Source: Eledone cirrhosa (taxonomy: Eukaryota). Taken from it: 64,000 nt of DNA. Shown here one piece after another: positions 12,141 to 27,149 of the stretch. Positions within the stretch are counted from its first letter, which is position 1. Every line of letters starts with the position of its first letter. The notes beneath the pieces are model-generated. The model was not told the DNA's origin and searched no databases. It saw only the letters and a list, made by a program, of their open reading frames with translations. The DNA is taken from contig OZ024740.1 in assembly GCA_964016885.1 (NCBI GenBank), positions 278,008,001 to 278,072,000 of the forward strand, written 5' to 3'. A program made the position numbers and the translations under genes.

Positions 12141-15100
12141 TTCACACTGTTATCAACTTAAGTGCAATGTTAAATCGATCCTCTTCGCTATATTCACTAC
12201 CACCAAACATCTGTCAATTTATTCATATATTTATCAAGACCCATAGTACTACTACAAAACGGCTGATGAATATGTAAGACATCAATGCCTGTCAATCACT
12301 TATTTAATCTTAAGAAACCGCAAACTGGATAGGAGAATGCTCTATATGCCGTGGCGTTTGACAGATTACCAATTTTCCCCTCATTATAACATTTTATTAG
12401 ATGAAAGTTAGAAAGATCTATTCACTTTATTATCGATTAAGCGCATTATGTTGTAATCTGATAAGTGTAGTTGTAATGTTTGGTGATGCCTGTTATGTTT
12501 TCTTTTTGTATTTTCTATTGACGACTTTGTAGCGAAATAGTGATCGTCACTCTAATTATATTTTCATTTAGTGTTTAAAAAGAAAACGTTATTTTTTTTT
12601 TTCCAATCTTCAATTACTTATCTCACCTGCAATTCTCTGCTTAACTTTCAAAAGTTAAATACTATGTTTCAGCCTGACAATGTTTCTTTTATCTTTTAGA
12701 AGTAAGCTTTATTAATGACACATGAACGATGTTACAAAATGGAGGTACTTACTTCCTGTCCAAATCAACCAGAAGCTGAAATATTCTGTTCAGGTCTGGA
12801 AGGAAAATAACTCCCATATACGCTCACAAGTTTTCGAGCTAGTATATTAGTATATTTTAATCAAATTTACAATGTCTGACCATAAAAGAAATAATCCTTA
12901 TTTTACATGTGGATACATATTTGAAACAAGGATTGAATATATTATTTCCAACTTCAAATACTCTGCTATTGCAAGGGTTTCTTATACATTAATATTTCAA
13001 GATAATATTTTAAAAAAGTTATTTATATATTCAGAGTTCATTCAGCCACTAAACTTTATCATATTAATGATGAGCATAAGGAGAATGGAAGGTGGAGCGA
13101 CCGAAATGCAAAATGTTTCATTTATTGTTTTATAGCATTTTGTTTATAGAGTTTCAATTCCACTTGAGTTTATATATTAAGTGAGTATTATCACCTATTC
13201 AAACAACTATATCCATCCTCTCTGGATTTAAGCTCTTTAAATAATGAAGGAAATATATTTTTCTAGAGACCAGAAGTGAGGAAAAACCCTTGAATTTCAT
13301 AGGTTCTACTATCCTGAAAAAGAACGATAAAACCTGTCTTCGGTTCCGAAGTTCAACAGATGTTGCTTATCTCTGTTTCATTGGTAACTGAGAGTACAAA
13401 ACTCCCCCATCATGAAGAGAACGCCAGTCCAGCTACTGCTGATAATCTGAATAGATTGGAGCAACTAGAAATGAGTTTTGTTTTTGCTTAAGAACATAGC
13501 ATATTATCCGACCAAAGAGTCGAACCCATGACATGATGTTCGAAGAAGATACTTGGAGATTGTTATTCATTATATATGCAAGGATATTTATATGTTTTGA
13601 TAGTAATAACTATAATTCATTAATTCATGTGTGTGTTTCATATATCTGTGTGGTTGGACGTGTGTCATTTATCGAATCCCATTCTAAAGTGTTGTGTTCA
13701 ATTTAAAAAAAAACGGTCTAACGTTTCATTAAAGGAGCGGGTTGGTAGCATCGTTGAAACATCCTGCACTTGATGTACAAATATTGCATTTCGGAGTCAA
13801 TCACTAGAATATCAAATTTCTTCTTTATTTCCATACTGTACAGTGCTGCACATAAAATCTTCGGCAGACGTCTTCAGTAATTTTTTTTATGTGAAGATGT
13901 TACATACGTCTCGCTCAATACGTTTGCGTTTCTGGAGACAGAGACACTTTGAGCGGTCTGCAATGACCCTTGCACCGCAATGTAACCAATTCTGAGAGGG
14001 GGGGGGGGGGGTTTATAAAAATAGACACTCCTACTTGACTAGTATTTTATTTATCGACCCCATGACGGTGAAAGGCAATGTTAACCTTAGCAAGATGTGA
14101 ACTCTGAGCACTGACAGCCGAATCAAATACCGAACGCCATTTTATCTGAAGTGTTTAAGACTCACCCAATTCATTGACAATGTACTAGTATTGCGATAGG
14201 TTGTTTCTCTTTTTCCCTCCTCTCTTTCTTTCTCTTTATATCTCTCTCTATTTTGCTTTCTGTCTCTTTTGTTCTCCCTCTCTCTCTCTCGCTCGCTCTC
14301 TCGCTCTGTCTCTCTGTCTGTCTCTTCCTCCTTCTCACTCTGGATTGTAATTGTACCTGTATTCCAAAGTCCATCGTTTCTGTTGATTATGGCTGAGAAT
14401 TTTGTTAAGAGTACATGGTCTATGGAATACTTAACGGCTATTACATGTTACCTTCACGACTAGAGAATTCAGTTGATCGGAAAACTGAACGTCTGTCATC
14501 GAAACTGACGGAGGATCCACAAAACTTTCCAAAATAAATCCTACAACATATTGTCAGCTTCCGAAGAAAGAAATAATAATTGCAAACATTTGTAAGTGAA
14601 ATTATGTTTTACAATATACAAATGCAAGGCCGGGGGTTGGTGTCAAAGACTTCAATTAGCCATGTATTTCTCCGGATATTAATAAAACATGAACCAGTAG
14701 AATATTTCTTGACATTAGTACAAAGGCAGGAAACATATTTGTAGAATTGATAAGCTTGGTCACAGTACATGTCTGACGCTTACTCTATTGCCCACAGAAG
14801 TCATTCGATTCCATTAACAGAGTGTGTGTGCACATAGCAAACAGAGCAGACTTAATGTTATTGTATGAGTTGCTAGCAATAGGAGCCAAACCTCCCGTAA
14901 ATCACACTCTGCTGTGTTAAGAAAGGAAGAACTTGATTAGATAATATATTAGATATTATATACTATTTTTATCGTTTGAATAAATAACAGAATGTTTACA
15001 GCTGGAATGTTTCTTACCTGTTTCAGTTTAGCCGACATAGGTCTAGATAGGAACAGGAACAACGCGGCAATCAATAGGTGGGCTTTCTTCTACTAGAAGT

Positions 15101-15490
15101 AGCGATCAAATCTCCCTCAAATAGCATGCTACGATATTGAAAAAACAATACATTGAAATATATTGGTCAGACAAAATAGGCAAGCTAGAATATCTTTGGT
15201 CATATATTTTCTCCACCAGGCCTAACATGCGCCTAAACAATAAAAACAGCAATAATTAGGATAGCTGACCGCACATCAGTTCCTATGATACAAACATATT
15301 AAGAATTCCTGGTAAATATTACTAATCATGTAAACATGAAACTATTAAAATCATCAAAGAATATTTGTATACATCCATGCATGATTGTGGGGATAAATCA
15401 GGGAAGTGACCTCTGCACTAGATTAGGACTGACCAAAACCTTGTGAACATAATAATTTAGACTAAAATTGTACGGCTGTCCATCGTGCAA

Positions 15491-15554
<64 letters not shown>

Positions 15555-15614
15555 ATATATGTTTGAGATCGTGTGTATTTAGTCTGCTATTTTGGAATAT
15601 AATTATAAATGCAT

Positions 15615-15653
<39 letters not shown>

Positions 15654-15654
15654 G

Positions 15655-15997
15655 GGCGGGTAAAATTCCCGAGATCTATGGACGACTTCGCTCCAGCGGT
15701 CTCTGTCCCTCATTATAGCTGCCATGTCCTGCGTCTTCAACAGACCAGTGTCTGTCCTTAGCGCATCAACATGTTAACCTCGGTCTTCCTCTTCCAGTGT
15801 GTCCATGCAGAGTCTCCCACAGGAGCACTGAGTGCAGTATCAACTCTGGATGTCGGTGAGCATGTCCAGCTAACCTCAGTCTCCTCTCTGTCACTTTCGA
15901 GCTGACCTTTAGGGGGCTCCCGTACAGCTCTGAGTTCTTCATCCTCAGTGTATACTGGATAATGTTCAGAGCCATCCTCAGCATTCTCGTGTAGCGT
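15655..15997 (-). mobile_element. RTE-like LINE 3' fragment
   Basis: [26 protein letters not shown]...GRP is typical of an RTE-like RT C-terminus. It is flanked by microsatellites. Confidence 0.75.
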
Positions 15998-16001
15998 ATA
16001 T

Positions 16002-16102
<101 letters not shown>

Positions 16103-16709
16103 CGGGATAACAAGTTATGTTTGTAGGTAATCCACTTAGAGGTAGTCCAGTTAGAGTACTCCTTGTTGTGGATGTTTTTAACGTATGGCTAAGTTTGATT
16201 CAACAAGACGCTTCCATAGTGATGCAGCGAGTTCGCGGTAATTTCTAGGTAGGTTATACTTGGAGTAATAATAATTCAAGAAATAAGAGTAACATGGTTG
16301 GCTGTACAATAAGGGCTTTATTCACGGTGCTGACAATTGTTTCGTTGATCTGGTCGGTCTAGAGCTCGCTAATCGCTTGATGTTGCGTCAATCGATCTCC
16401 AATACTTTGTTTACAACCAGTTAATACACCAGAGTGCGTGGATATGAGCATTATACAGATGTATTAATAGGAGAGTAGTGTTAGACCAGAACAATAACAT
16501 CAGTAACAAACTAACTAGATAGTGAATAATTAAAACAATAACATCAATACAAGTAAGAAATAGTGATAAAACAAGCATGGTAAACAAACAGATATGATAC
16601 AGATGTATTAAGTGACATGCGAAATCTACCATAGGGTACATTAGAGGTAGTAGTCAAGGGATGAATTTACCTAGATGAAGGTATAAATAATAATAAAATG
16701 TACTTACCA

Positions 16710-18944
16710 CTACGCAAAGGACCCGCTAATAACATGGAGGAATTCACTAAAGAGAATTACGGATTCAAATCCTGTAAAAACCCACCAAATAACCCCATAC
16801 TCGAGCTTGATCTTATTAACATAAGTAGAACTAAATTCAAAAAGAGGACACATCACAACAAATTACAAAACGACATCAATACACTACTAAAAAAACTAAG
16901 AAGCACCAACGGTATCATAGTAAAAGCAGACAAAACATCAAACGTATATACCATGGACATTAATACATACAACAATTTCATACGACGTGAACTGCACAAA
17001 AATACAAAAAAACAACTGAATCTACACTCACTAGCATTAATAAGGAGGGACTAAGCATAGTAAAAAAAATTAAAAAATATCCGATAGAATCGAGCCTCTA
17101 ACCCTATGTAGGTTTTGAAACAAACCCTGTAATTAGATTAATATGCCCATCCAAGTCAGATATTGGTAAAATTATCAAATATATTTTAGATAGAGTAATC
17201 GCACAAATTAAGGGAAAACTAGTAATCAACTTATAGGGAAACACTAACGAAGCAATAGAATGGTTCAGTAAAATAAAAAACAGAGAAACATACAACTTCA
17301 TACAATTCGACATTAATGATTACTACGCCTCCATTTCCCCAGTCACCCTAGATAAAGCGCTAACCTTCGCCCAAAATAACTCGGACCTTACCTCAGATGA
17401 AATTAAAATAATACTAGCTGCTAGAAGGACTATCATAAAATGTGAAAATAGCTACTGGGAAAGAAAAAATAGGAAGAATAGCTTTGATATCACAATGGGA
17501 TCGAACGACTCAGCGAAAATAACGGACGTTGTTGGGATATTTATAGCACATAACGTACATAAAGAATTCAATAACCTCCAAGGAGGAATTTATAGAGATG
17601 ATACGCTTCTTATAGCTAAAAACTTAAATAACCAGAACATGGAAATATGACGAAAAAACATTAGAACATTCTTCAAAAAACTAGGCCTAGATATCACTTT
17701 CGAACTTAATTTTAAAAAGGCAATTTTTTTAGATGTAACTCTAAACCTAAACACAGGATTAATAGAACCCTTCCATAAAAATAATGAAAATCTAGCCTAC
17801 ATTAGTTGCAACTCAATCCACCCCGATCCATAATTAACTCCATAGCACGTAGTATATCCCTCAGAATATCCCGCCTATCCTCAAACCTGGAAATTTTTAA
17901 TGAACATGCTAATTATTATAACGCAGCATTACATAAAGCTGGACACAAAGAAAAGTTGCAGTTTATAACAGATACGGACAACATCAACAAACCCGATAAC
18001 ACCAACACTACCCGCTCATACAAAAATAAAAGACACAGGACTAGACATAGAACTAGACAACTAGCACCGAGAGTAGGAGGACAGAGCACTAACAATAGAA
18101 ACCCCCAAAACTATAGAAGGACTAGAGAAAGAAAATACATATGGTTCAATCCGCTCTTCAATTACTTTATAAGTCTAAACTGCCTTCTACGTTTTTGAAA
18201 CTAATAGATAAGCACTTCTCTACATCGCATAGATACCATAAAATCCTCAATAGAGAAACTATAAAACTTTCATACTCAACTGCAGCCAACATAGAATCGC
18301 ACATACGTAAGATCAACCACAAAAATATCTCTAGGGAAATTACGCCACCAATACACAACATAGCACCAAATACAAAACACAAACACATAACAGTATCACA
18401 ACCACAAACGCATCTGAACATACCACAGCAAAAATTCAATAGGCATGAATCGCAACCCACACATAACAATTTACAAAACCGCAATGTGAAAGCTGCACGG
18501 AATAATACCTGAAACTGCAATTGCCACCTACCAGATAAGTGCCCACTAGGGAATAGGTGCCTAGATTCTAGCTTAGTGTACATGTGTACTGTAAACTCGG
18601 GCAACTCCACATGGCACTACATAGGATCCACTGCGGGTGATTTAAAAAAAGGTGATATGTCCACAGACATACAGTGAAGAACCACGCACTGAACCGTGAA
18701 TTCTACAACCCTCGCCAATAAAATCTGGCAACTTAAGGACAAAAACCTTGATTACAATATTAGCTGGTCAAAATTAGCGGTCGCAAAGGCCTATAGCAGC
18801 GGTACGTCCCATTGCGGGCTCTGCAACCTTGAATTGCTACATATCTTAAGGTACGATATAATGCTACTTAACACCAAAATAGAAAGGTCAATTTTCTGCA
18901 GACATAGGATTGCTACTAAATTTACGAGATTTAAACCACCGTGA
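16710..18944 (+). pseudogene. PLE RT / GIY-YIG polyprotein, fragmented
   Basis: Motifs ENYGFKS, VKADKT, FIQFDI, FDITMGS, GGIYRDD, FLDVTLNL, YIWFNP, IKLSYS, CNCHLPDKCPLGNRC, YIGST, LANKIWQLKD, CGLCNLE and CRHR. Confidence 0.9.
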
Positions 18945-19961
18945 TTCGAACCAGCATCCCCAAAATTAATGGAAAACCACCTAGACTTTAACGTATAAAA
19001 TCCGCGTTCTCACCCAGCCTATTTCAGAACCATAAATTTCTATAAACACCTTCCAGCCTCCCTACATCTATACCACCAAGATAAGACAGGAATGTCTACA
19101 AATATTTACCAATTATCTTGTCAGCCCGTAAATCAATCTCGCCTTTGCTGTTGCTTATTTTTTCGGACCACACAATTATATCTACATATCTCATATTAGG
19201 ACCCATGATCTCTAACAGACGAACTTAATTCTAAGTACATTGTCTTATTACTCTTACACTCCTTTGAAACTCTTATTATTATTATTATCATCATCTCAAT
19301 GCACCCTATCCTAAATTTATTCATCATGTTCTCTATCTATTTACCATGCATGTTTTATTGTTGATGTTATTGTCTTAATTATACACTATTTTGTTATTGA
19401 TATTGCGAAAACTAAACCCCCATGATTCGAACTAGCAATCCCAAAATTTAGAATAACATACTGAATCCACAATTTCACTTAATACCGGCTACCAATAAAT
19501 TATAAATCTCTATACACTCCCTCCATCAATCTCATTAAGTTGATACAACAGGAGAAAATACCTAACACAAGCGCTTATCTGTCAAACCATGAATCAATCT
19601 CCGTTTTATTCTTGGTAGGATGTCAGACCCACAGCTCACTTGTATCTAAATCTCTCATAATTGCACTCAAAGTATAGATTCCAAAATCTGACTCTAAGGA
19701 CATTTAATTATAATTTATACCTTCATCTAAGTAGATTTTTCCCTTGACTACTACCTCTAATGTACCCTATGGTAGATTTCGCATGTCACTTAATACATGT
19801 GTATCATATCTGTTTGTTTACCATGCTTGTTTTATCACTATTTCTTACTTGTATTGATGTTATTGTTTTAATTATTCACTATCTAGTTAGTTTATTACTG
19901 ATGTTATTGTTCTGGTCTAACACTACTCTCCTATAAAAGCCATGTGTATCATACTCATATC

Positions 19962-20079
19962 CACGCACTCTGATGTATTGACTGGTTGTAAACAAAGTAT
20001 TGGAGATCGATTGACGCAACACCAAGCGATTAGCGAGCTCTAGACCGACCAGATCAACGAAACAATTGTCAGCACAGTG
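19962..20079 (+). ncRNA. Degenerate long-stem-II hammerhead in the PLE pseudo-LTR
   Basis: CTGATGTA-ttgactggt...accagatcaa-CGAAAC-aatt-GTC. A mirrored copy lies at ~16323-16440 on the minus strand. Confidence 0.5.
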
Positions 20080-20125
20080 AATAAATCCCTTATTGTACAG
20101 CCAACCATGTTACTCTTATTTCTTG

Positions 20126-20164
<39 letters not shown>

Positions 20165-20202
20165 ATTAAATAAATGGAAAACTATATTTATAAAACCATA
20201 TT

Positions 20203-20268
20203 TATTTCATTATATATATTTCGGGGATATCATATTAACAATATGCTATGCCTTCATCAGACAAAATA
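20203..20268 (-). ncRNA. Hammerhead family A (left arm of palindrome)
   Basis: Exact reverse complement of 20436-20501. Confidence 0.75.
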
Positions 20269-20435
20269 CAATATAAACAGTTTTATAGATAAATAGATTC
20301 GACATACCGTAATAACACCGACCTCATTTGAAGAGGTTTATGCTGGCAGTTAAACTGCCAGCGTAAACCTCTTCAAATGAAGTCGGTGTTATTACGGTAT
20401 GTCGAATCTATTTATCTATAAAACTGTTTATATTG

Positions 20436-20501
20436 TATTTTGTCTGATGAAGGCATAGCATATTGTTAATATGATATCCCCGAAATATATATAATGAAAT
20501 A
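20436..20501 (+). ncRNA. Hammerhead family A
   Basis: tattttgt-CTGATGA-aggcatagcatatt..aatatgatatccc-CGAAA-tatata-TA-atgaaata. Confidence 0.75.
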
Positions 20502-20629
20502 AATATGGTTTTATAAATATAGTTTTCCATTTATTTAATATTGTAAATATACTCCAAATATTTGTCGAGTTCTTTTATATCAGTTATAAATATTTACTAG
20601 TTGTAACCCAACAATTTTAAATATAACTT

Positions 20630-20667
<38 letters not shown>

Positions 20668-20793
20668 TATATATATACATACACACACACATATATATAC
20701 ATACACACATTCATACACACAAACACATATATATAAATATATATACATATATACATATATATATGGAAAAAATGAAATTTCATTTCTCACTCT

Positions 20794-20820
<27 letters not shown>

Positions 20821-20825
<5 letters not shown>

Positions 20826-21523
20826 TTGTTGCTCTGAAATAGCTATATATATATGAATGTATATATAGTGTATTTTGCAATACACTGTATGCTTAATAAA
20901 AAGCATTTTGAAGACCTTATGCTATTGTTTTAGAGTAGTGACAGACTCACTTACTTTAATTTCAGCAAACAGGGGGAGATAAAGCTGACAAGGCCTTGTT
21001 TCTGCATTTATTGATGCTTATCAAAGCCAACTACTCCTCCCGTCTGCTGAAAACCTGGATGTTTTGGTTCTTATAGAATTCTAGTAAATAATCAGGAACT
21101 GATTATACAGAGCGGTTGCCGGTCAAGCAGAAATTAAAAATTAGAATTGTTGCTCTGAAATAGCTATATATATATATGAATGTATATATATAGTGTATTT
21201 TGCAATACACTGTATGCTTAATAAAAAGCATTTTGAAGCTATATATACATTCATATATATATAGCTATTTCAGAGCAACAATTCTAATTTTTAATTTGAG
21301 CAACAATTCTAATTTTTAATCTGTATAATCAGTTCCTGATTATTTACTAGAATTCTATAAGAACCCAAACATCCATGTTTTTCAGCAAACGGGAGGGGTA
21401 GTTGGCTTTGATAAGCATCAATAAATGCAGAAACAAGGCCTTGTCAGCTTTATCTCCCCCTGTTTGCTGAAATTAAAGTAAGTCAGTCTGTCACTACTCT
21501 AAAACAATAGCATAAGGTCTTCA
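20821..21523. repeat. Complex direct plus inverted repeat cassette
   Basis: 20821-20912 is repeated at 21142-21238, and 20909-21110 is inverted at 21320-21523. Confidence 0.85.
21404..21449 (+). ncRNA. Hammerhead-like motif with a variant core
   Basis: ggct-TTGATAA-gcat caataa atgc-AGAAAC-aaggcctt-GTC-agct. A mirror copy lies at ~20983-21028 on the minus strand. Confidence 0.5.
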
Positions 21524-21530
21524 GAAATAA

Positions 21531-21667
21531 TATTATTTCTGAAGACAGCATATATATGTGTATGTATGTATATTCCCTCTGATAGTTTGTAAAAATTTTA
21601 CATAGATCTATATGATATACATACCAACACACACATATATATCCTAGAAACGATCGTAAAATGATGA
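21531..21667 (+). ncRNA. Hammerhead-like motif with a microsatellite-containing stem II
   Basis: tattattt-CTGAAGA-cagcatatatatgtg...cacatatatatccta-GAAAC-gatc-GTA-aaatgatg. Confidence 0.55.
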
Positions 21668-21718
21668 TTTTTTTAATATAAGGAACTGTTTCTTTGTTTT
21701 TATTCATTATTTTTATTA

Positions 21719-22143
<425 letters not shown>

Positions 22144-22829
22144 TACATATACAAACATACACACACACAGATGTATATGAATGTTAAGGCTGCGAAATTA
22201 TAAGTAAAAAAGTAAATAAATATAACAAATACGCATGCACATACATGGCATAGACACAAGCGTATTAACACACTAGTCTGCGGACATGTACATACGCAAA
22301 AACAAGGGGAAAATAAAATAAAATAAAATAAAAATATAGATAAGCGGTCGGACAAAATGATACAAAAACGACACACGCATAATGATAGACTTAAATACAA
22401 TAACATACGCAAAACTGCATATAGATACATGCGTGTATGTGTCCAGTGAAAGTATAAACACATGGAAGCATGCAAAAATACACATACAAGTGTACAATCA
22501 AATACAAACACACACACACACAGATAAATACATATATACACACACATATATACACATATATATATATACAAATATATATATATATATGTATAAAATATAT
22601 ATATATATATATGATACATATATATATATATATATATTTCTCCACGTATTTTCTTTTTCTTTTTTTCTCTCTCCGCCTTTTTTCTTTCTCTCCGTCTTTT
22701 TCTAATTGTCCTTAACACTAAGACTTATTAAAATAATATAAACAATTCACTATCCAGATGGCTTCCAAAAATAATGGTTGAATTTTAAACGGGTACGTCA
22801 AAGCTTATTTGTAAAACTGTTATATATTG

Positions 22830-22894
22830 TATTTTGTCTGATGAAGGCATACCATAATTTAATTTGGTATCCCTGAAATATGTATAATGAAATA
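22830..22894 (+). ncRNA. Hammerhead family A
   Basis: tattttgt-CTGATGA-aggcatacca..tggtatccct-GAAA-tatgta-TA-atgaaata. Confidence 0.75.
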
Positions 22895-23022
22895 AATATG
22901 GTTTTATAAATATAGTTTCCATTTATTAATATCGTATATCTACTCCAAATACTTGTCGAGTGCTTTATATCAGTTATAAAGATATTTACTTGTTGTATCC
23001 CAACAATTTTAAATAGAACTTT

Positions 23023-23058
<36 letters not shown>

Positions 23059-24299
23059 TATATATATTAAAATATATGTGTTGGGTAATTTCGAAGAAAA
23101 AGGAAAGGAAAAACGAGTGCTCTATGTATATAAGTCTGTGATATAGCCCCAGGGTGGTTAAAATAAGAAAGAATGTTCAGGAAAAGATTAAGTCAATAAG
23201 TGAATAATATAAGTGTAAAATAAAATAAAGTAAAATAAAAAAATGTTGAATATGTAAAAACTTTCAGTGTATTTAAAATAAGAGACAGTGTTCGGGGTTA
23301 AAATAATAGAGAGTGTTCAAGGTAAATGTAAATGAAGAAATGGATAAAATAGGTGTAATATAAAATAAAAGTGTTGAAAGTATGAGGTGAAGGGCCATGG
23401 GGATAAAAATAAGTGTGTTCAGGAAAAGATGAAGTCGATAAGTGTAATATGAGTGTAAAATAAAATAAAATAAAATAAAATAAAATGAAATAAAATAAAT
23501 AAGAGTTGAATATGTAAAAAATGGTGTTTAAAATAAGAGAGACTGATCGCGGTAAAATAAGAGAGATTGTTCAAGGTAAAAGTAAGGGAAATGAAGAAAT
23601 GAATAAAATAGGTGTAATATAAAATAAGGGCATAATGCAATTTTAAACACTATGGAACTTTATCACACATTCAACACTTATATTATGCCCTTATTTTATA
23701 CTACACCTATTTTATTCATTTCTTCATTTCCCTTCGGGTGGTTTTCTGCTAGTATGTGTAATGTGTATATTGATATTATACGCAAGTAAATATACATGTA
23801 GATAAGATACATCAAATAAAATCGTAATTGACAATATATAATACATAGATATTGAACGAAGACTGCGTTACACTGTCTTATTTAATCAGTAATGTAATCC
23901 ATGATACATTAAAAAAGACGATATTATATATAAACTGCATTAGGGCCAAATTAGTGACGGAAAATTAGTATGTTTATTTAAGCGATGGCCAACCGGAAAT
24001 GTTAACATTTCAGAAATGTTAAAGAAGTAATTCTTTAAATAAACAAAATATATTTAATCAACAGCCACGAAATTTAGTAGATAAATTATGTAATATTCAT
24101 TCATTATTTATTCAAAGTAATCCAACTTATTTCACAAACGGGATAAAAAAAAATATTTTCTGGACGCTGCCCCGCACTCCTCCCTTTATTATGGTTAAGA
24201 TATATATTAATCAATGAAAAAGAAAATGCTTGGTGTTCACCGATCTGTCCAGCTCGTTTGTCTACCAGCATAGCATAACAAAATTATACATTTTCTATA

Positions 24300-24377
24300 T
24301 ATTTTATCTGAGGAGGACATGTTTGGCTTTATGTTATACATAAAACTTTACGTCTTCGAAATATATACAATGAAATA
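24300..24377 (+). ncRNA. Hammerhead-like motif, cleavage triplet mutated
   Basis: tattttat-CTGAGGA-ggac...gtctt-CGAAA-tatata-CA-atgaaata. Confidence 0.55.
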
Positions 24378-24427
24378 AATAGAGTTGATATAAAGTATAT
24401 ATCTTTCGGCTATTACTATTATTATTT

Positions 24428-24428
24428 T

Positions 24429-24508
<80 letters not shown>

Positions 24509-24515
24509 TGGGTGT

Positions 24516-24568
<53 letters not shown>

Positions 24569-24578
24569 CGTGTGTGCG

Positions 24579-24610
<32 letters not shown>

Positions 24611-24692
24611 CGTGTGTGCGTGTGTGCGTGTGTGTGTGTGTGTGTGTGCGTGTGTGCGTGTGTGCGTGTGTGTGTGCGTGGGGGGGGGGGGG
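24428..24692. repeat. (TA)/(TG)n compound microsatellite plus a G-run
   Basis: Seen directly. Dozens of other (TA)n, (TG)n and (GA)n tracts occur across the window. Confidence 0.97.
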
Positions 24693-25402
24693 TTTATGTG
24701 TATAAATAGGAGTGTAGCATGTGCGTGTGTGTATGTGTTTGTGTTTATGTTCACATCTCTGTTTATTGTGCACATGTTATCTCTACAGTGGAAACTGCCT
24801 ATGATAGATTGGCGCCTACAGTCATTAAACGAGCCACAGTAAATGAATATATTCCTCATCGGATTCAACGAACAATCAAACTAAAGCAATGTGTCTTTGT
24901 GTGTGTTTGGGTGTGAGGCGGAATTTCAGTGTTACTGTTTATTTGTTTATGTTTGCAATTTTTCAAATGGTGTTCTGTAACTTAGTATCTCGATAAAAAG
25001 TGAACGATAGGGTTAACACCAGGCTGAAATGAGTGCTATGATCGATAAGACTGACTGAAACATTGGCGTGGATGAATTAACATGGTCGCTGTCTAATAAC
25101 TGACGCCAGCGCAAGAATGAAAGAAGAGAAGAAATATATGACTCAAGAATGTGTATGCTGATTCACTGAAATTCTTTTATATCAAGTCAATATTTTTTCT
25201 AGAATTCACCATGTTGTTTAGCGTCGAATAATATTATCTATATCAGGTGGCAAAAAGAAATTGACAGTTTCTTGTATTACACTTTTTCCGGGTCAGACCA
25301 CCTTTTCCCGTCTCCAAGTGTATTTTACCTAATTTTCGGAATAATCATTTAGTGTTTGATTCTTATTAGTTTTGTCATTTACGTAGAGACACACGCATCT
25401 AA

Positions 25403-25474
<72 letters not shown>

Positions 25475-25519
25475 GAGAGGGTAGAGAGATAAATATTGAC
25501 GCAATCACACATATACAAA

Positions 25520-26690
<1,171 letters not shown>

Positions 26691-26791
26691 AGTAACAGCC
26701 GTACTAAGAGTGGGAAATGAAATTTCGTTTCATTTTTTCCGTTTATATATATATATATACATATATATATACATACACACATATATATATA

Positions 26792-26867
<76 letters not shown>

Positions 26868-27063
26868 AAAAACCACAGACCCTCCATCTCAACTCTACTT
26901 TTGAAAAGCAGAAGAACTGCGAAACCGGTAAAGGAACCAAATAAATATATTTTTTTTTTAAATATAAGACTCCTGTTGCATTTTCGATTTCATCTTTCTT
27001 TCTTTATACTTTCACTCGTGTAGGACACCTCGGTTATTTTTCATTGTGTAAAAAAACCCTCAC

Positions 27064-27140
<77 letters not shown>

Positions 27141-27149
<9 letters not shown>

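Larger units (their letters stand above)
16271..20131 (+). mobile_element. Penelope-like element (Naiad-like) with an inverted 5' pseudo-LTR
   Basis: 16271-~16705 is the reverse complement of ~19695-20131. A decayed RT plus GIY-YIG ORF lies between them, and the 3' end abuts (TA)n. Confidence 0.9.
20160..20544. repeat. 385-bp near-perfect palindrome (back-to-back PLE ends)
   Basis: Centred at ~20352 (gctggcagt taa actgccagc). The right side continues ~87 nt to (TA)n. Confidence 0.9.

Noticed and set aside
7900-15480. Host exons in the less repetitive stretch
   Set aside because: No ORF has recognisable protein features. Small exons cannot be excluded without transcript data.
16271-20131. 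DNA transposon suggested by long terminal inverted repeats
   Set aside because: The interior encodes RT and GIY-YIG and no transposase. Inverted pseudo-LTRs explain the structure.
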